A stretch of DNA of 64,000 nt from NCBI GenBank assembly GCA_051746185.1, contig JBNJEV010000011.1, positions 9,995-73,994 on the forward strand, in the 5' to 3' direction. Under the pieces are notes generated by a model that did no database searches, was not told the origin of the DNA, and was given only the letters and a program-made list of their open reading frames with translations. Below, piece after piece: positions 36,382 to 46,772 of this stretch. Numbering within the stretch: position 1 is the stretch's first letter; each line of letters starts with the position of its first letter. Both the position numbers and the translations under genes were made by a program. This DNA is from Bacteroidota bacterium. GTDB lineage: Bacteria; Bacteroidota; Bacteroidia; Bacteroidales; GCA-2748055.

Positions 36382-37736
36382 TCTCTGATCGGTTCGACAA
36401 ACTGATCGATATCGCCGGCTCCCATGGTGACCAGTAACCGGGGATCCCGCTCCCTGATCACAGGCATCAGCTGTTCTCTTGAAACCAGTATCTTGTCTTT
36501 TATTCTCACCCTGTCCAGGATCATGGAAGAGGTGACCCCCGGAATGGGTTCCTCCCGGGCGGGGTAGATTTCCATCATGATCAGCTCGTCAAGCATTTCC
36601 AGGCTGCGGGCGAAATCGTCTGCAAAATCCCTGGTCCTGGAAAAGAGATGGGGCTGAAAGACCCCGGTAATCTTCTTTTCAGGGTAAAGGGATCTTACCG
36701 AGGACAGAAAGGCTCTGATCTCCTCCGGATGATGCGCATAGTCATCAATATAGATCCGCTCTGCGGTCTCCACCTGGTAGTCAAACCTTCGTTCCACTCC
36801 CCTGTAAGAGGCAACCGCCCTGGCAATGATCTCCGGTGCGATCCCCAGCTGGTGCGCCACAGTGATGGCGGCCAGGGCATTTTCCACCATCAGCAATCCG
36901 AAGATCCTCAGCCTTACGCCCGGAATAACCAGATCGGGAGTTACCACGGTGAATTCATACCAGGAACCATCACGTTTCACCCTGGTGGCATAATAATCTG
37001 CATGCCTGTTATCCAGTGCATAGGTAACCCTCTCCACATGGTCAGGCACCTCCGGATCGAGTCCGTATTTCAGGACCAGCTTACCTTTACCCCTGATCTG
37101 TGAGATATATGTTTCAAAACCCTTCACCAGGTTTTCCCCGGACTTGTAAATGTCCAGGTGATCCGGGTCCATGGAGGATATCACCGCGATCTCCGGGAAC
37201 AGGGTCAGGAAAGAATGATCATATTCATCCGCTTCCGCAATGACGATCGCTGAGGCGGTATCAAGATAGAGGTTGCTGCCGATGTTCTTGCTGATGCCAC
37301 CCAGGAAGGCATTACAGCCCAGGGTGGAGTTGTGCAGGATATGAGCCAGGATAGCCGAGATGGATGTTTTTCCATGGGTGCCGGCCACGCCGATGCCTCT
37401 TGCTGCATTGAAGACTTCTCCCAGGGCCACCGCTCGTTTGATCACCCTGAAGCCCCTGTTCTTGAAATAATTCAGTTGCTGGTTGTTTTCCGGTACGGCC
37501 GGGGTGTAGATCACCAGGGTCCGTTCCGGATTCCGGAAAGCATCGGGGATCAGTACCGACCGGTCCTCAAAATGGATATCGATCCCTTCCCTGATCAGCT
37601 GGTCGGTCAGAGTGGTGGTCACCCTGTCGTATCCCGCCACTTTTTTTCCCTGACTGACGAAATAACGGGCCAGCGCACTCATTCCAATTCCTCCAATGCC
37701 TATAAAATATACACTATCCAGGTTCTTCCAGATCAT
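36369..37736 (-). CDS. murC: UDP-N-acetylmuramate--L-alanine ligase
   Basis: 455 aa: VYFIGIGGIGMSALA…, GVAGTHGKTSISAILA. It has the Mur ligase middle and C-terminal domains. Confidence 0.95.
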   Translation of the reverse strand: MIWKNLDSVYFIGIGGIGMSALARYFVSQGKKVAGYDRVTTTLTDQLIREGIDIHFEDRSVLIPDAFRNPERTLVIYTPAVPENNQQLNYFKNRGFRVIKRAVALGEVFNAARGIGVAGTHGKTSISAILAHILHNSTLGCNAFLGGISKNIGSNLYLDTASAIVIAEADEYDHSFLTLFPEIAVISSMDPDHLDIYKSGENLVKGFETYISQIRGKGKLVLKYGLDPEVPDHVERVTYALDNRHADYYATRVKRDGSWYEFTVVTPDLVIPGVRLRIFGLLMVENALAAITVAHQLGIAPEIIARAVASYRGVERRFDYQVETAERIYIDDYAHHPEEIRAFLSSVRSLYPEKKITGVFQPHLFSRTRDFADDFARSLEMLDELIMMEIYPAREEPIPGVTSSMILDRVRIKDKILVSREQLMPVIRERDPRLLVTMGAGDIDQFVEPIREWMK

Positions 37737-38926
37737 AATTTTTTGATGATTTTGATCACCTCGTCAGCAATTCGCTGCGACGCATCGGAAATTCCGAGTT
37801 GCCTGATATTTTTTACCAGTTCATTTTTCTGTTCCTCATCCCTGATCAATTCTATCATCCGGTCCACAAGTTCCTCCCTGGCCAGACGGTCAGTTACCAT
37901 GATGGCCGCATGACGGGAAACCAGGGCTTCTGCATTCCTGGTCTGGTGGTCCTCGGCCACATTGGGCGAGGGAACCAGAATCACTGGCTTTCCTACCAGG
38001 CACAGTTCAGAGATGGTGATGGCTCCCGCCCTGGATACGATGAGATCCGCAGCACCGTATGCACGATCCATCTCAGATATAAAAGCATAAACCCTGACCT
38101 GATCCATCCCGCTTTCGCTGACCCGCTTCTCTGCCTCCGGTAAATACCGGCTGCCGCATTGCCAGATCACCTGAAGTTCGCTCCCGACAAGCCGGTCCAA
38201 TCCCTCCATGATGCTCTCATTGATGGTCCGTGCACCCAGGCTCCCTCCCACAACAAGACAGACCGGCTTTTCATCTGTCAGCTGAAATGTTTTCAGGTTC
38301 TTCCGGCGGTCCCCCGGGAGCTGTATCAGTTCACTGCGTACCGGGTTGCCGGTCACAACGATCCGGCCGGAAGGAAAATAGCGGTCCATGTTCTCATAAG
38401 CCACACAGATGGTCTCGGCCGAACGGGCCAGCATCCGGTTGGTCACCCCGGCATAAGAGTTCTGCTCCTGGATCAGGATCGGAACTCCTTTCCTCGCGGC
38501 GGCCTTCAGGATGGGACCGCTGGCATATCCTCCCACTCCCACCGCCACATGGGGCCTGAACCGGCTTACGATCCTGTGGGAGCGGACCATGCTCACCAGT
38601 AACCGCACGAAAAAAGTGAAATTCCTCCAGCTCCATTTCCTCTGAAAACCGGAAACCGGCAAACCCACGATCCTGTAACCGGCGCGGGGGACTTTCTCCA
38701 TCTCCAGGCGTCCGCGTGCCCCCACGAAAAGGAATTCCATGCCCGGTTCCTTCTGTTTCAGGGCATCTGCAATGGCCAGTGCCGGGAAAACGTGTCCCCC
38801 GGTACCCCCTCCGCCTATCAGGACCCTATATGTTTTCTGCCGGTTCATTGACATAAAATTCCTGTTGTTCTTTCTCCGTTCTGCGTTCCGCTTCCCCGGT
38901 GCCCTCCTCCGCCGGATCCTTCTCAC
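37733..38926 (-). CDS. murG: UDP-GlcNAc:undecaprenyl-PP-MurNAc-pentapeptide GlcNAc transferase; likely start at 38854/38848
   Basis: YRVLIGGGGTGGHVFPALAIADAL is the canonical MurG N-terminus. The first 24 codons of the longest ORF (MRRIRRRRAPGKRNAERRKNNRNF) overlap the ftsW 3' end and look untranslated. Confidence 0.9.
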   Translation of the reverse strand: MRRIRRRRAPGKRNAERRKNNRNFMSMNRQKTYRVLIGGGGTGGHVFPALAIADALKQKEPGMEFLFVGARGRLEMEKVPRAGYRIVGLPVSGFQRKWSWRNFTFFVRLLVSMVRSHRIVSRFRPHVAVGVGGYASGPILKAAARKGVPILIQEQNSYAGVTNRMLARSAETICVAYENMDRYFPSGRIVVTGNPVRSELIQLPGDRRKNLKTFQLTDEKPVCLVVGGSLGARTINESIMEGLDRLVGSELQVIWQCGSRYLPEAEKRVSESGMDQVRVYAFISEMDRAYGAADLIVSRAGAITISELCLVGKPVILVPSPNVAEDHQTRNAEALVSRHAAIMVTDRLAREELVDRMIELIRDEEQKNELVKNIRQLGISDASQRIADEVIKIIKKL

Positions 38927-40061
38927 CGTCTTTCTTGTTGCTCTCTTCCCTGGTTCCCCAGCTGACCGAAAGGATCATTCCGGTGGCCATGCTGGTGAAG
39001 AAGATGGAAGACCCTCCCATGCTCACCAGGGGAAGGGTCTGGCCTGTCACAGGCAGGAGTCCCACGGCCACGGCCATATTCACGAACGCCTGCAGGACCA
39101 GTCCCATGGAGAGACCGAAAGCAAGGAAAGCACCGTACGTGCTTCTGCTTTGTCTGATGATCAGGCCGGTCCTGAAAAAAAGCCACAGGTAAAGGGAAAG
39201 CATCAGCACTCCCCCGATCAAACTGCCGTATTCCTCAATGATAATGGCAAAAATGAAATCGGAGTATGGATGGGGCAGCAGGTTGCGCTGGGTACTGTTC
39301 CCCGGCCCTTTTCCGAACAATCCGCCCTGTACGATGGCCACCCTTGCCTGATCGGCCTGGTAATTGTTCACTTCCCCGTCCAGGTAAGATTCAATACGGT
39401 GTTGCCAGGTGGTGATGCGTCCCTCCCTGTCAAATGCCAAATTGAGGCCCACAAAGAGGGAAATGGCAAATATTCCCGTAAATACCATCAGGAAAAGGTA
39501 TTTCAGCGGGATTCTTCCCACAAACATCAGGGTGAAGGCCGTCACAAAAAGAATGGCCGAGGTGGAAAAATTGGCAGGCAGGATCAGCAGGCAGACGATC
39601 ATGATGGCTGCTGCGGTCTTCAAAAAGACCCCTTTGAAATCTTTGATGTTGTTCTGTTTCGCCGAAAGGATCCTGGCCACATACATCACCAGGGCGATCT
39701 TGGCAAAATCGGATGGCTGGATGGTCAGGCCGGTACCCGGGATCTGCAACCAGCGGGCAGCCTCGTTATAGGAAGTGCCCGCCAGCAGGGTTACCACCAG
39801 GAGAGGAACGGACAGGTAGAGGGCGAATACGGAAAAACGGCTGTACACCCGGTACGGGACCAGATGTATAAAAAAGATGACCAGCAGGCCGAGCAGGATG
39901 AATTTGAGCTGCCTGAACAGGTAAAAAAAGGTATTGCCCGACCTGTGCTGGTAGGCAAGCGATCCGGTGGAACTGAATACCGAAAGCAGGGAGATCACCA
40001 GCAGGATCAGCACCACGATCCATATGATCCTGTCACCTTTGATATATCTTCTGATTCCCAT
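38826..40061 (-). CDS. ftsW: SEDS-family peptidoglycan polymerase FtsW
   Basis: 411 aa, about 10 TM. It has FtsW/RodA motifs (…LQPSDFAKIALVMYVA…, …GQTLPLVSMGGSSIFF…). It sits between murD and murG. Confidence 0.9.
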   Translation of the reverse strand: MGIRRYIKGDRIIWIVVLILLVISLLSVFSSTGSLAYQHRSGNTFFYLFRQLKFILLGLLVIFFIHLVPYRVYSRFSVFALYLSVPLLVVTLLAGTSYNEAARWLQIPGTGLTIQPSDFAKIALVMYVARILSAKQNNIKDFKGVFLKTAAAIMIVCLLILPANFSTSAILFVTAFTLMFVGRIPLKYLFLMVFTGIFAISLFVGLNLAFDREGRITTWQHRIESYLDGEVNNYQADQARVAIVQGGLFGKGPGNSTQRNLLPHPYSDFIFAIIIEEYGSLIGGVLMLSLYLWLFFRTGLIIRQSRSTYGAFLAFGLSMGLVLQAFVNMAVAVGLLPVTGQTLPLVSMGGSSIFFTSMATGMILSVSWGTREESNKKDGEKDPAEEGTGEAERRTEKEQQEFYVNEPAENI

Positions 40062-40182
40062 CGAACTTCCTGATTCCCTTTAATGTTACTGATCCCTTTT
40101 AATTCCTCTGATTCCCATCGAACTTCCTGATTCCCTTTAATGTTACTGATCCCTTTTAATTCCTCTGATTCCCATCGAACTT
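40051..40182. repeat. 57-bp tandem repeat, 2 full units plus an 18-bp partial third, covering the ftsW start codon and the murD-ftsW spacer
   Basis: Read directly: ctgattcccatcgaactt recurs at 40051, 40108 and 40165, a period of 57. Units 40051-40107 and 40108-40164 are identical by eye. Each contains cat (minus-strand ATG) at 40059-61, 40116-18 and 40173-75. Confidence 0.9.
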
Positions 40183-40211
40183 TTCTCCTGTTGCTCCCGG
40201 ATCACGATCCA

Positions 40212-41558
40212 TTAAAGGTTCCTGACTGCGGCCTTAAACTGTCTTCCGCGATCTTCAAAGCTTTCGAACAAATCAAAGCTGGCACAGGCCGGGGAAAGGA
40301 GGACGGTCTCCCCGTCCCTTGCCAGGTAATAGGCAGTCTTGACCGCCTCTTCCATGTTCGATGTCTCAATGATCGATTCCACTTTCCCGGTGAAAGCCCT
40401 GATGATCCTCTGATTGTCCTTTCCCAGGCAGACAATGGCCTTGACCTTGTTCTCCACCAGGTTGTACAGTTCACTGTAGTCATTGCCCTTGTCCACCCCT
40501 CCTGCGATCCATACGGCATCTCCCTTCACGCTTTCCAGTGCATACCAGGTGGAGTTCACATTGGTGGCCTTGGAATCATTGATAAAATTGATGCCATGGA
40601 CTTTCATTACGGGTTCCAGCCGGTGCTCCACCCCCTGGAAGTCCATGAGCGCTTCCCTGATCACCTCGTTCCGGATCTTCAGTACATTCCCCGCAATTCC
40701 GGCCGCCATGCTGTTGTAGGTATTATGCCGCCCTTTCAGAGAAAGTTCCTCCACGGACATGGAAAAATCCACATCATCGAACTCGATCCGCATGAGCTCA
40801 TCATTTTCCACCCAGGCCACATCATTTTCCTTTTTCTTGTAGGCGAAGGGAAGCTGTTCTGCCCGGGAAACGATCTTTTCCAGTTCCTTGATGGTGATCT
40901 CATCGTCGGAACAGAAAACGAAATACTCATCCTCGGTCAAATTCTGGGTCACCCGGAACTTGGAATCCACATAGTTCTGGAAATTGTAATCATACCGGTC
41001 CAGGTGATCGGGGGTAATGTTCAGCAGGATCGCGATATCTGCCCTGAATTCGTACATGCCATCAAGCTGAAAACTGCTCAGCTCCAAAACATAATAGTCA
41101 TAGTTCTCGGTGGCCACCTGAAAGGCAAAGCTCCGGCCCACATTCCCCGCTATGCCCACGTTAAGCCCCGCTTTCCGCATCATGTGGTGGATCAGGGAAG
41201 TGGTGGTGGTTTTCCCGTTGCTGCCCGTGATGCAGATCTTTTTGGCATGGGTATACCTGCCTGCAAATTCCACCTCTGAGATGATCCGGATATCCTTTTT
41301 CCGAATGGCCTTTACAATGGGCACGCTTTCAGGAATGCCCGGACTTTTGATCACCTCCGTCGCATTGAGGATCAGGCGTTCGGTATGTCCTCCTGACTCG
41401 TAGATGATATTAAAATCATCCAGCATTTCCCTGTAGAAGGGATTGATCCTGCCGGCATCGGAGACAAAAACATCGAATCCTTTCTGCCGTGCAAGTATGG
41501 CCGTACCTGTACCGCTTTCACCAGCTCCGAGAATGACGATACGTTCTCTGTTTTCCAT
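40212..41558 (-). CDS. murD: UDP-N-acetylmuramoylalanine--D-glutamate ligase
   Basis: 448 aa: IVILGAGESGTGTAILA…, ICITGSNGKTTTTSLI. It is a Mur ligase in the dcw position. Confidence 0.95.
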   Translation of the reverse strand: MENRERIVILGAGESGTGTAILARQKGFDVFVSDAGRINPFYREMLDDFNIIYESGGHTERLILNATEVIKSPGIPESVPIVKAIRKKDIRIISEVEFAGRYTHAKKICITGSNGKTTTTSLIHHMMRKAGLNVGIAGNVGRSFAFQVATENYDYYVLELSSFQLDGMYEFRADIAILLNITPDHLDRYDYNFQNYVDSKFRVTQNLTEDEYFVFCSDDEITIKELEKIVSRAEQLPFAYKKKENDVAWVENDELMRIEFDDVDFSMSVEELSLKGRHNTYNSMAAGIAGNVLKIRNEVIREALMDFQGVEHRLEPVMKVHGINFINDSKATNVNSTWYALESVKGDAVWIAGGVDKGNDYSELYNLVENKVKAIVCLGKDNQRIIRAFTGKVESIIETSNMEEAVKTAYYLARDGETVLLSPACASFDLFESFEDRGRQFKAAVRNL

Positions 41559-41576
41559 ACGCTTCTCTGGTTTGAA

Positions 41577-42827
41577 TTATCTGATCTTCAGTGTTACGAT
41601 TGAAATCACCGCCAGCAGAATGCCCACAATCCAGAACCTGATCACGATCTTGGGTTCCGGGTACCCCTTTTTCTGGTAATGATGATGCAGGGGGGCCATG
41701 AGAAACAATCTCCTTCCCTCCCCGTATTTTCTTCTTGTCCTTTTGAAATAGCTCACCTGGAAGATGACCGACAGGCTTTCCATCAGGTAAATACCGCAGA
41801 AGATGGGGATCAGCAGCTCCTTGCGGATCACCACCGCCAGGATGGCAATGATCCCGCCCAGGGAAAGGCTTCCGGTATCTCCCATGAAGACCTGTGCGGG
41901 ATAAGAGTTATACCAGAGGAAACCAATGGTTGCCCCCACGAAAGCCCCCGCATAGATCACCAGCTCACCTGAATAGGGTATATGCATGATGTTCAAATAA
42001 TTTGAATAGATCACATTGCCGGAAAGCCATGCCAGAATCCCCAGGGTGGTCCCGATGATGGCCGCCGATCCCGTGGCCAGTCCGTCCAGTCCGTCGGTCA
42101 GATTGGCACCATTGGAAACCGCGGTCACAATAAAGATGACCGCCAGCACAAAGACGATCCATACCAGCTGATCGGCATATTCGCCCGCAAACCACACCAG
42201 CCAGCGGTAATCGAACTCATTGTTCTTCACAAAGGGAATGGTGGTCAGCGGTTTCTTGTGCTCATCGATCACATAAAGATTTCCGCCGTTGTCCACCAGC
42301 ATTTCTTCTGTCCTGTACTGTTCGAAATTTTCATTGGTGATGGGTACCCTTTCCCGGATCATCACATCATCGCTCAGATAAAGGGTGACCCCGACGATCA
42401 ATCCCAGGCCGATCTGGCCCACCACCTTGAACTTGGCGCGGAGTCCTTCCTTGTTCCGTTTGAACACCTTGATATAATCATCCAGAAAGCCGATGATCCC
42501 CAGCCAGAGGGTGGAGACCAGCATCAGGATGATGTAGACATTGCTCAGATTGCCAAAAAGCAAAACGGGAATGATGATCGATGCCAGGATGATGAGCCCT
42601 CCCATGGTAGGAGTTCCCTGTTTCAGGGATTGTCCGTCCAGCCCCAGGTCGCGGACCGACTCTCCGATCTGTTTGCGCCGGAGAAACTTGATGATCCTTT
42701 TGCCGATGATCATGGAGATCGCCAGGGAGGTGATCACCGTGAATAGGGCCCTGAAGGAGAGGAAATAAAACATTCCGGCTCCCGGGAAATCGAACTGGTC
42801 AAGGTATGTGAACAGATGATACAGCAT
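41577..42827 (-). CDS. mraY: Phospho-N-acetylmuramoyl-pentapeptide transferase
   Basis: 416 aa, polytopic: …[11 protein letters not shown]…, [32 protein letters not shown]. Confidence 0.95.
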   Translation of the reverse strand: MLYHLFTYLDQFDFPGAGMFYFLSFRALFTVITSLAISMIIGKRIIKFLRRKQIGESVRDLGLDGQSLKQGTPTMGGLIILASIIIPVLLFGNLSNVYIILMLVSTLWLGIIGFLDDYIKVFKRNKEGLRAKFKVVGQIGLGLIVGVTLYLSDDVMIRERVPITNENFEQYRTEEMLVDNGGNLYVIDEHKKPLTTIPFVKNNEFDYRWLVWFAGEYADQLVWIVFVLAVIFIVTAVSNGANLTDGLDGLATGSAAIIGTTLGILAWLSGNVIYSNYLNIMHIPYSGELVIYAGAFVGATIGFLWYNSYPAQVFMGDTGSLSLGGIIAILAVVIRKELLIPIFCGIYLMESLSVIFQVSYFKRTRRKYGEGRRLFLMAPLHHHYQKKGYPEPKIVIRFWIVGILLAVISIVTLKIR

Positions 42828-42832
42828 ATGGC

Positions 42833-44284
42833 TCAGTTCATGTTCTTCTTCAGGATCTCCATATCGTCAAAGGCCACCCGCTTGCCTTTGACCTCCTGGT
42901 ATTTTTCATGGCCTTTCCCGGCCACCAGGATGATGTCGCCGGTTTCTGCCATCATGCATGCAGCACGGATGGCCTCCCGGCGGTTCACAATACGCATGAC
43001 GGTTCCCTTCAGCTCGTCCGCAATCCCCGCCACCAACTCATCCAGGATCCTGCCGGGATCCTCGTACCTGGGATTATCCGAGGTGAGGATGGTCCTGTAA
43101 CTGGATTCGGCGGCAATGCGGGCCATCACGGGACGTTTCTCCCTGTCCCTGTCACCACCCGCACCCAGCACGGTAATGATCTTTGCTCCCTCCGGAATGA
43201 CCTCCCGGATGGAGTCCAGTATATTCTTCAGGGCATCCGGTGTATGGGCATAATCCACGATCCCGGTGGTTCCGCTTTCAGACCGGTGCATTTCGAACCT
43301 TCCCTCAACCGGGCCCAGCCGGCTGAGGGCCTCCAGCACATCATCGGGATGGTGACCGAGAAGGACAGAAGCGCCATAGACCGACAGCAGATTGGATGCA
43401 TTGAAATAACCCGGGTGCATGATCCACACTTCCCTGCCATCGATCAGCAGGGAGGTCCCCTCCAGGTGCATCTCCCTGATCTTTCCCTGAAAATCGGCAA
43501 CCGACCTCAGGCTGTATCCATGTTTCCGGGCCCGGCAGTTCTGGAGCATCACCCTCGCATTCCGGTCATCCCGGTTGACCAGGGCGAAAGCCTCTTCCGG
43601 CAACCGGTCAAAGAACTTTTTTTTGACCGTCAGGTATTTCCTGAAATCCCCGTGGTAATCCAGATGATCGTGGGTCAGGTTGGTAAAGATCCCCCCTGTA
43701 AAATGGAGTCCCCCGATCCGCTCCTGGTCAATAGCATGGGAGGATACTTCCATGAAACAATATTCACAACCCCCATCGGCCATTTTCCTGAGATATTCAT
43801 TGATCCTGACCGGATCGGGTGTGGTATGGGTGGCCGGGAAGGATTGAGTCCCGATCATTACCCGGATGGTGGACAGCATCCCTGCCCTGAAATTCAAAAG
43901 AATATGGAGCTGGTAGAGCAAAGTGACTATGGTGGTCTTTCCATTGGTTCCGGTCACTCCCACCAGCTGCAACTCCCTGGAAGGATGCCCGTAGAAAGCC
44001 GAAGCCATTCGCGAGAGTGCCACCCTGGAGTCCGGGACCGCAATCCATGCCACCTTCTGATCCAATTCAGCGGGCAGTCCTTCGCAAACCACCCCCGCCG
44101 CTCCCCTGGCAAGTGCATCCCCGATGTACCGGTGTCCGTCGGCCGTCACCCCCCTGATGGCCACGAACAGGTCCCCCTCTCCGACTTTCCTGGAGTCAAA
44201 ACGGACCGCCCCGATTTCAGGATCACCCCCGGCACCTTCCCGGCGGGTAATTTCCAGTCCCTCTATGATCTTTTCCAGGTTCAT
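42833..44284 (-). CDS. murE: UDP-N-acetylmuramoyl-L-alanyl-D-glutamate--2,6-diaminopimelate ligase
   Basis: 483 aa: [11 protein letters not shown], …DYAHTPDAL…, and a DNPR motif ([10 protein letters not shown]) consistent with a meso-DAP-adding MurE. Confidence 0.95.
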   Translation of the reverse strand: MNLEKIIEGLEITRREGAGGDPEIGAVRFDSRKVGEGDLFVAIRGVTADGHRYIGDALARGAAGVVCEGLPAELDQKVAWIAVPDSRVALSRMASAFYGHPSRELQLVGVTGTNGKTTIVTLLYQLHILLNFRAGMLSTIRVMIGTQSFPATHTTPDPVRINEYLRKMADGGCEYCFMEVSSHAIDQERIGGLHFTGGIFTNLTHDHLDYHGDFRKYLTVKKKFFDRLPEEAFALVNRDDRNARVMLQNCRARKHGYSLRSVADFQGKIREMHLEGTSLLIDGREVWIMHPGYFNASNLLSVYGASVLLGHHPDDVLEALSRLGPVEGRFEMHRSESGTTGIVDYAHTPDALKNILDSIREVIPEGAKIITVLGAGGDRDREKRPVMARIAAESSYRTILTSDNPRYEDPGRILDELVAGIADELKGTVMRIVNRREAIRAACMMAETGDIILVAGKGHEKYQEVKGKRVAFDDMEILKKNMN

Positions 44285-46392
44285 CCTTCCCTGATACTCA
44301 TTTTCAGTGTGATCATCTCTTTTCCCCGGATCACCCTACCCGGTATGATGGACTGTTCCCGGACCGTGCCCCTGCCGTCCACCTCCACTTTCAATCCCCT
44401 GCTTTCAAGCAGATAGAGTGCATCCTTCAGTCCCATATCCACCACATTGGGTACCAGCCTGTCGGGTATGGAACGGGGATAGACCACCACACTGTCCGTC
44501 AGACTCCTGATGGAAACCCACCCGGCTTCCGGCTGTTCTACTTCCAGGGGAAGATCCAGGTAATTGAATACCGACATGAGCTCTTCACTCCGTCCGCTTT
44601 TTGAATAAGGGGCCTGCACAAGTCTCCCTGTCTCCTCCTCTTTTTCCTGCAGTCCGTACTCCCGCACATAGATCCTGTCGGTGATCTCGCGGAAGATGGG
44701 TCCGGCCACCAGATTCCCGTAATAGATCTTTTTGGAAGGGGCGTTCACCACCACAATGCACGAATATTTCGGTTCGCCGGCCGGAAAATATCCCACGAAA
44801 GAGGCCTGGTAGAGGGATTCCACATACCCTTCCTTGTCGAGCGCCACCTGGGCGGTCCCGGTCTTACCCGCAATCTTATAATGGCTGTTCAGCAGGTTTC
44901 GGGCGGTGCCGTTTTCCACCACCCCTTCCAGCATGTCTTTCACTTTTTCCATCGTTTCCCGGGAACATATATGGTTGTTCAATACCTCGGTGCCAAAGCG
45001 CCTGACCGTCTTCCCGTGGGAACGCATTTCATCCACGAACACGGGTCTGACCATTTTGCCGTCATTGGCAATGGCATTATAGAAGGCGAGCATCTGAAGG
45101 GGGGTCATGCGCACTTCGTAACCAATGGCCATGAAAGGAAGTGAAATCCCTGACCAAAGCTTGTTATCGGTATACTTAATATCCGGATGCCCTTCCCCTT
45201 TGATGGAAATCCCCAGTTTCCTGTTGAGCCCCATCTCATAGAGCCGGTTGATGAATTTTTCCGGCTTGTCCCTGTAGTTCTCATAGACGATCCGGGAAAT
45301 CCCCACATTGGACGAAACCTCGAAGGCTTGCCTGACAGTGATCTCTCCCTGTCGGCCCTCACCGCTGTCCTCCACCTTCTGCCCGTAATAGGTGGTCACT
45401 CCATCTTCCACATCCACCTTGTCGCCGGGTTCGACAAACCCGTCCTCAAGCAGTGCGATCATGGAAGCCAGTTTGAAGGTGGAGCCGGGTTCCGTGCTCT
45501 CTCCGACGGCAAAATTGTAGGTTTCCCGGTAATTTCCCAGCCGGTCCCTGGCCAGGTTGGCAATGGCACGCACCCTGCCGGTTTTGACCTCCATCAACAC
45601 TACTGTGCCATGATCCGCCTCATGCTTCATGAGCTGGGTATAGAGGGCACTCTCGGCAACGTCCTGGAGGTCCACATCAATGGTGGTCACAATATCATAC
45701 CCGTCTTCAGGTTCGATCTCATTGGCATCGCTGATGGGCATCCAGATGTCTCCCCGGATCTTCCTCATCAGCCTGTAGCCCTCCACCCCCTTCAGTTCAT
45801 GGTCATAGGCACCTTCCACTCCCACCACACTTCTCAATCCCCCGCTCATGGTATATCCCACTGTCCTGGCCGCCAGCCACCCGTAAGGTTTCACCCGTTT
45901 GTTCTGCTGTACATACATGACCCCTCCCCGGTACCTTCCCAGGTTGTAAATGGGGAATTGTTTCACCTGCTGAAGCTGGGTATAGGTAACATTCCGCTTG
46001 ACCAGGAAGTACCTGTGACCCTCTTCCCTGGCCCGGACCAGCTCTCTTTTGTAGGTGGTCCAGTGGCGGTCCTGGAAAAGATTGGAAAGGGCTTTGGACA
46101 GCGCATCCACATTCCGGTCAAATATTTCACGGGTGAAGGATTCAGAACGGAAATCCATCCGTATCTCGTAAAAGGGGACATCAACGGCCAGAAGACGGCC
46201 TTCCGAAGAATAAATGTTGCCACGGTTGGGTTCGATCACCCTGTGACGGATGGTGCTGTTTTCCTCGCTGGCCCATTTCTCTTTCTCAAACACCTGGAGA
46301 TGCAGGGTTTTCCCAAGGATCAGGATCCCTGCCAGCAGCATCCCCAGGTAGATCAGGGAAACACGAACCAGTATGTCACGCTTCAGGGACAT
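44281..46392 (-). CDS. ftsI: Penicillin-binding protein (FtsI/PBP3-type transpeptidase) with a C-terminal PASTA domain
   Basis: 703 aa with an N-terminal TM. The transpeptidase motifs are STFK (…EPGSTFKLASM…), SSN and KTGTA. The C-terminal VPNVVDMGLKDALYLLESRGLKVEVDGRGTVREQSIIPG matches the PASTA consensus. Confidence 0.9.
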   Translation of the reverse strand: MSLKRDILVRVSLIYLGMLLAGILILGKTLHLQVFEKEKWASEENSTIRHRVIEPNRGNIYSSEGRLLAVDVPFYEIRMDFRSESFTREIFDRNVDALSKALSNLFQDRHWTTYKRELVRAREEGHRYFLVKRNVTYTQLQQVKQFPIYNLGRYRGGVMYVQQNKRVKPYGWLAARTVGYTMSGGLRSVVGVEGAYDHELKGVEGYRLMRKIRGDIWMPISDANEIEPEDGYDIVTTIDVDLQDVAESALYTQLMKHEADHGTVVLMEVKTGRVRAIANLARDRLGNYRETYNFAVGESTEPGSTFKLASMIALLEDGFVEPGDKVDVEDGVTTYYGQKVEDSGEGRQGEITVRQAFEVSSNVGISRIVYENYRDKPEKFINRLYEMGLNRKLGISIKGEGHPDIKYTDNKLWSGISLPFMAIGYEVRMTPLQMLAFYNAIANDGKMVRPVFVDEMRSHGKTVRRFGTEVLNNHICSRETMEKVKDMLEGVVENGTARNLLNSHYKIAGKTGTAQVALDKEGYVESLYQASFVGYFPAGEPKYSCIVVVNAPSKKIYYGNLVAGPIFREITDRIYVREYGLQEKEEETGRLVQAPYSKSGRSEELMSVFNYLDLPLEVEQPEAGWVSIRSLTDSVVVYPRSIPDRLVPNVVDMGLKDALYLLESRGLKVEVDGRGTVREQSIIPGRVIRGKEMITLKMSIREG

Positions 46393-46397
46393 CTCAG

Positions 46398-46772
46398 CTA
46401 TCGGGGTTCTTTCAGTTTTTTAGGCGGCTCCAGGTTCTCTTCCAGGCCCAGGTCATACTCTTCCACCAGCCGGACCACCTCGGACTGCCGGCTGATCCTT
46501 ACCAGGTCGGAGGAAATGGTAATGGATTTGGCCCGTAATTCCTTTACATCCCCCTGCAGATTGTTGAGCCGGATCACGGTCTTCTCGGCATGGTTGCGGT
46601 TGGCGATCAGAATGAACGCGATGAGGACCAGCAGGAGGATGAACCTGACCTGTTTCATGACTACCTTTTTGGTCAGTACATTTCCATTGATCAGGTCCCG
46701 GAGGGAAAAGATCTTCTCCTGGTCTTCCAGCGAGTGGTCAAATTCAATATTTTTTCTTTCCCTGGTCATCAC
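46398..46772 (-). CDS. ftsL: FtsL-like cell division protein
   Basis: 124 aa, single TM (FILLLVLIAFILIA) followed by a coiled-coil-like segment. It lies between rsmH and ftsI, with a 4-nt overlap with rsmH. The call rests on position and topology. Confidence 0.6.
   Translation of the reverse strand: MMTRERKNIEFDHSLEDQEKIFSLRDLINGNVLTKKVVMKQVRFILLLVLIAFILIANRNHAEKTVIRLNNLQGDVKELRAKSITISSDLVRISRQSEVVRLVEEYDLGLEENLEPPKKLKEPR

Noticed and set aside
38855-38926. Arg-rich 24-aa N-terminal extension of murG (MRRIRRRRAPGKRNAERRKNNRNF)
   Set aside because: It lies within the ftsW 3' coding region. The canonical MurG N-terminus (YRVLIGGGGTGGH) follows the internal Met at 38854/38848, so the extension is probably just the out-of-frame reading of ftsW.
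38739-41279. 444-aa (38739..40073) and 379-aa (40140..41279) plus-strand ORFs
   Set aside because: They are antisense to ftsW/murG and murD respectively. Their composition is atypical (G/H/Q/P-rich) and they have no motifs. They are shadow ORFs.
42908-44416. 502-aa plus-strand ORF across the murE region
   Set aside because: It is entirely antisense to an unambiguous murE. Its translation is rich in G/P/R/H/Q, has no recognisable motif and no plausible start context. Long stop-free antisense frames are expected with this genome's codon bias.
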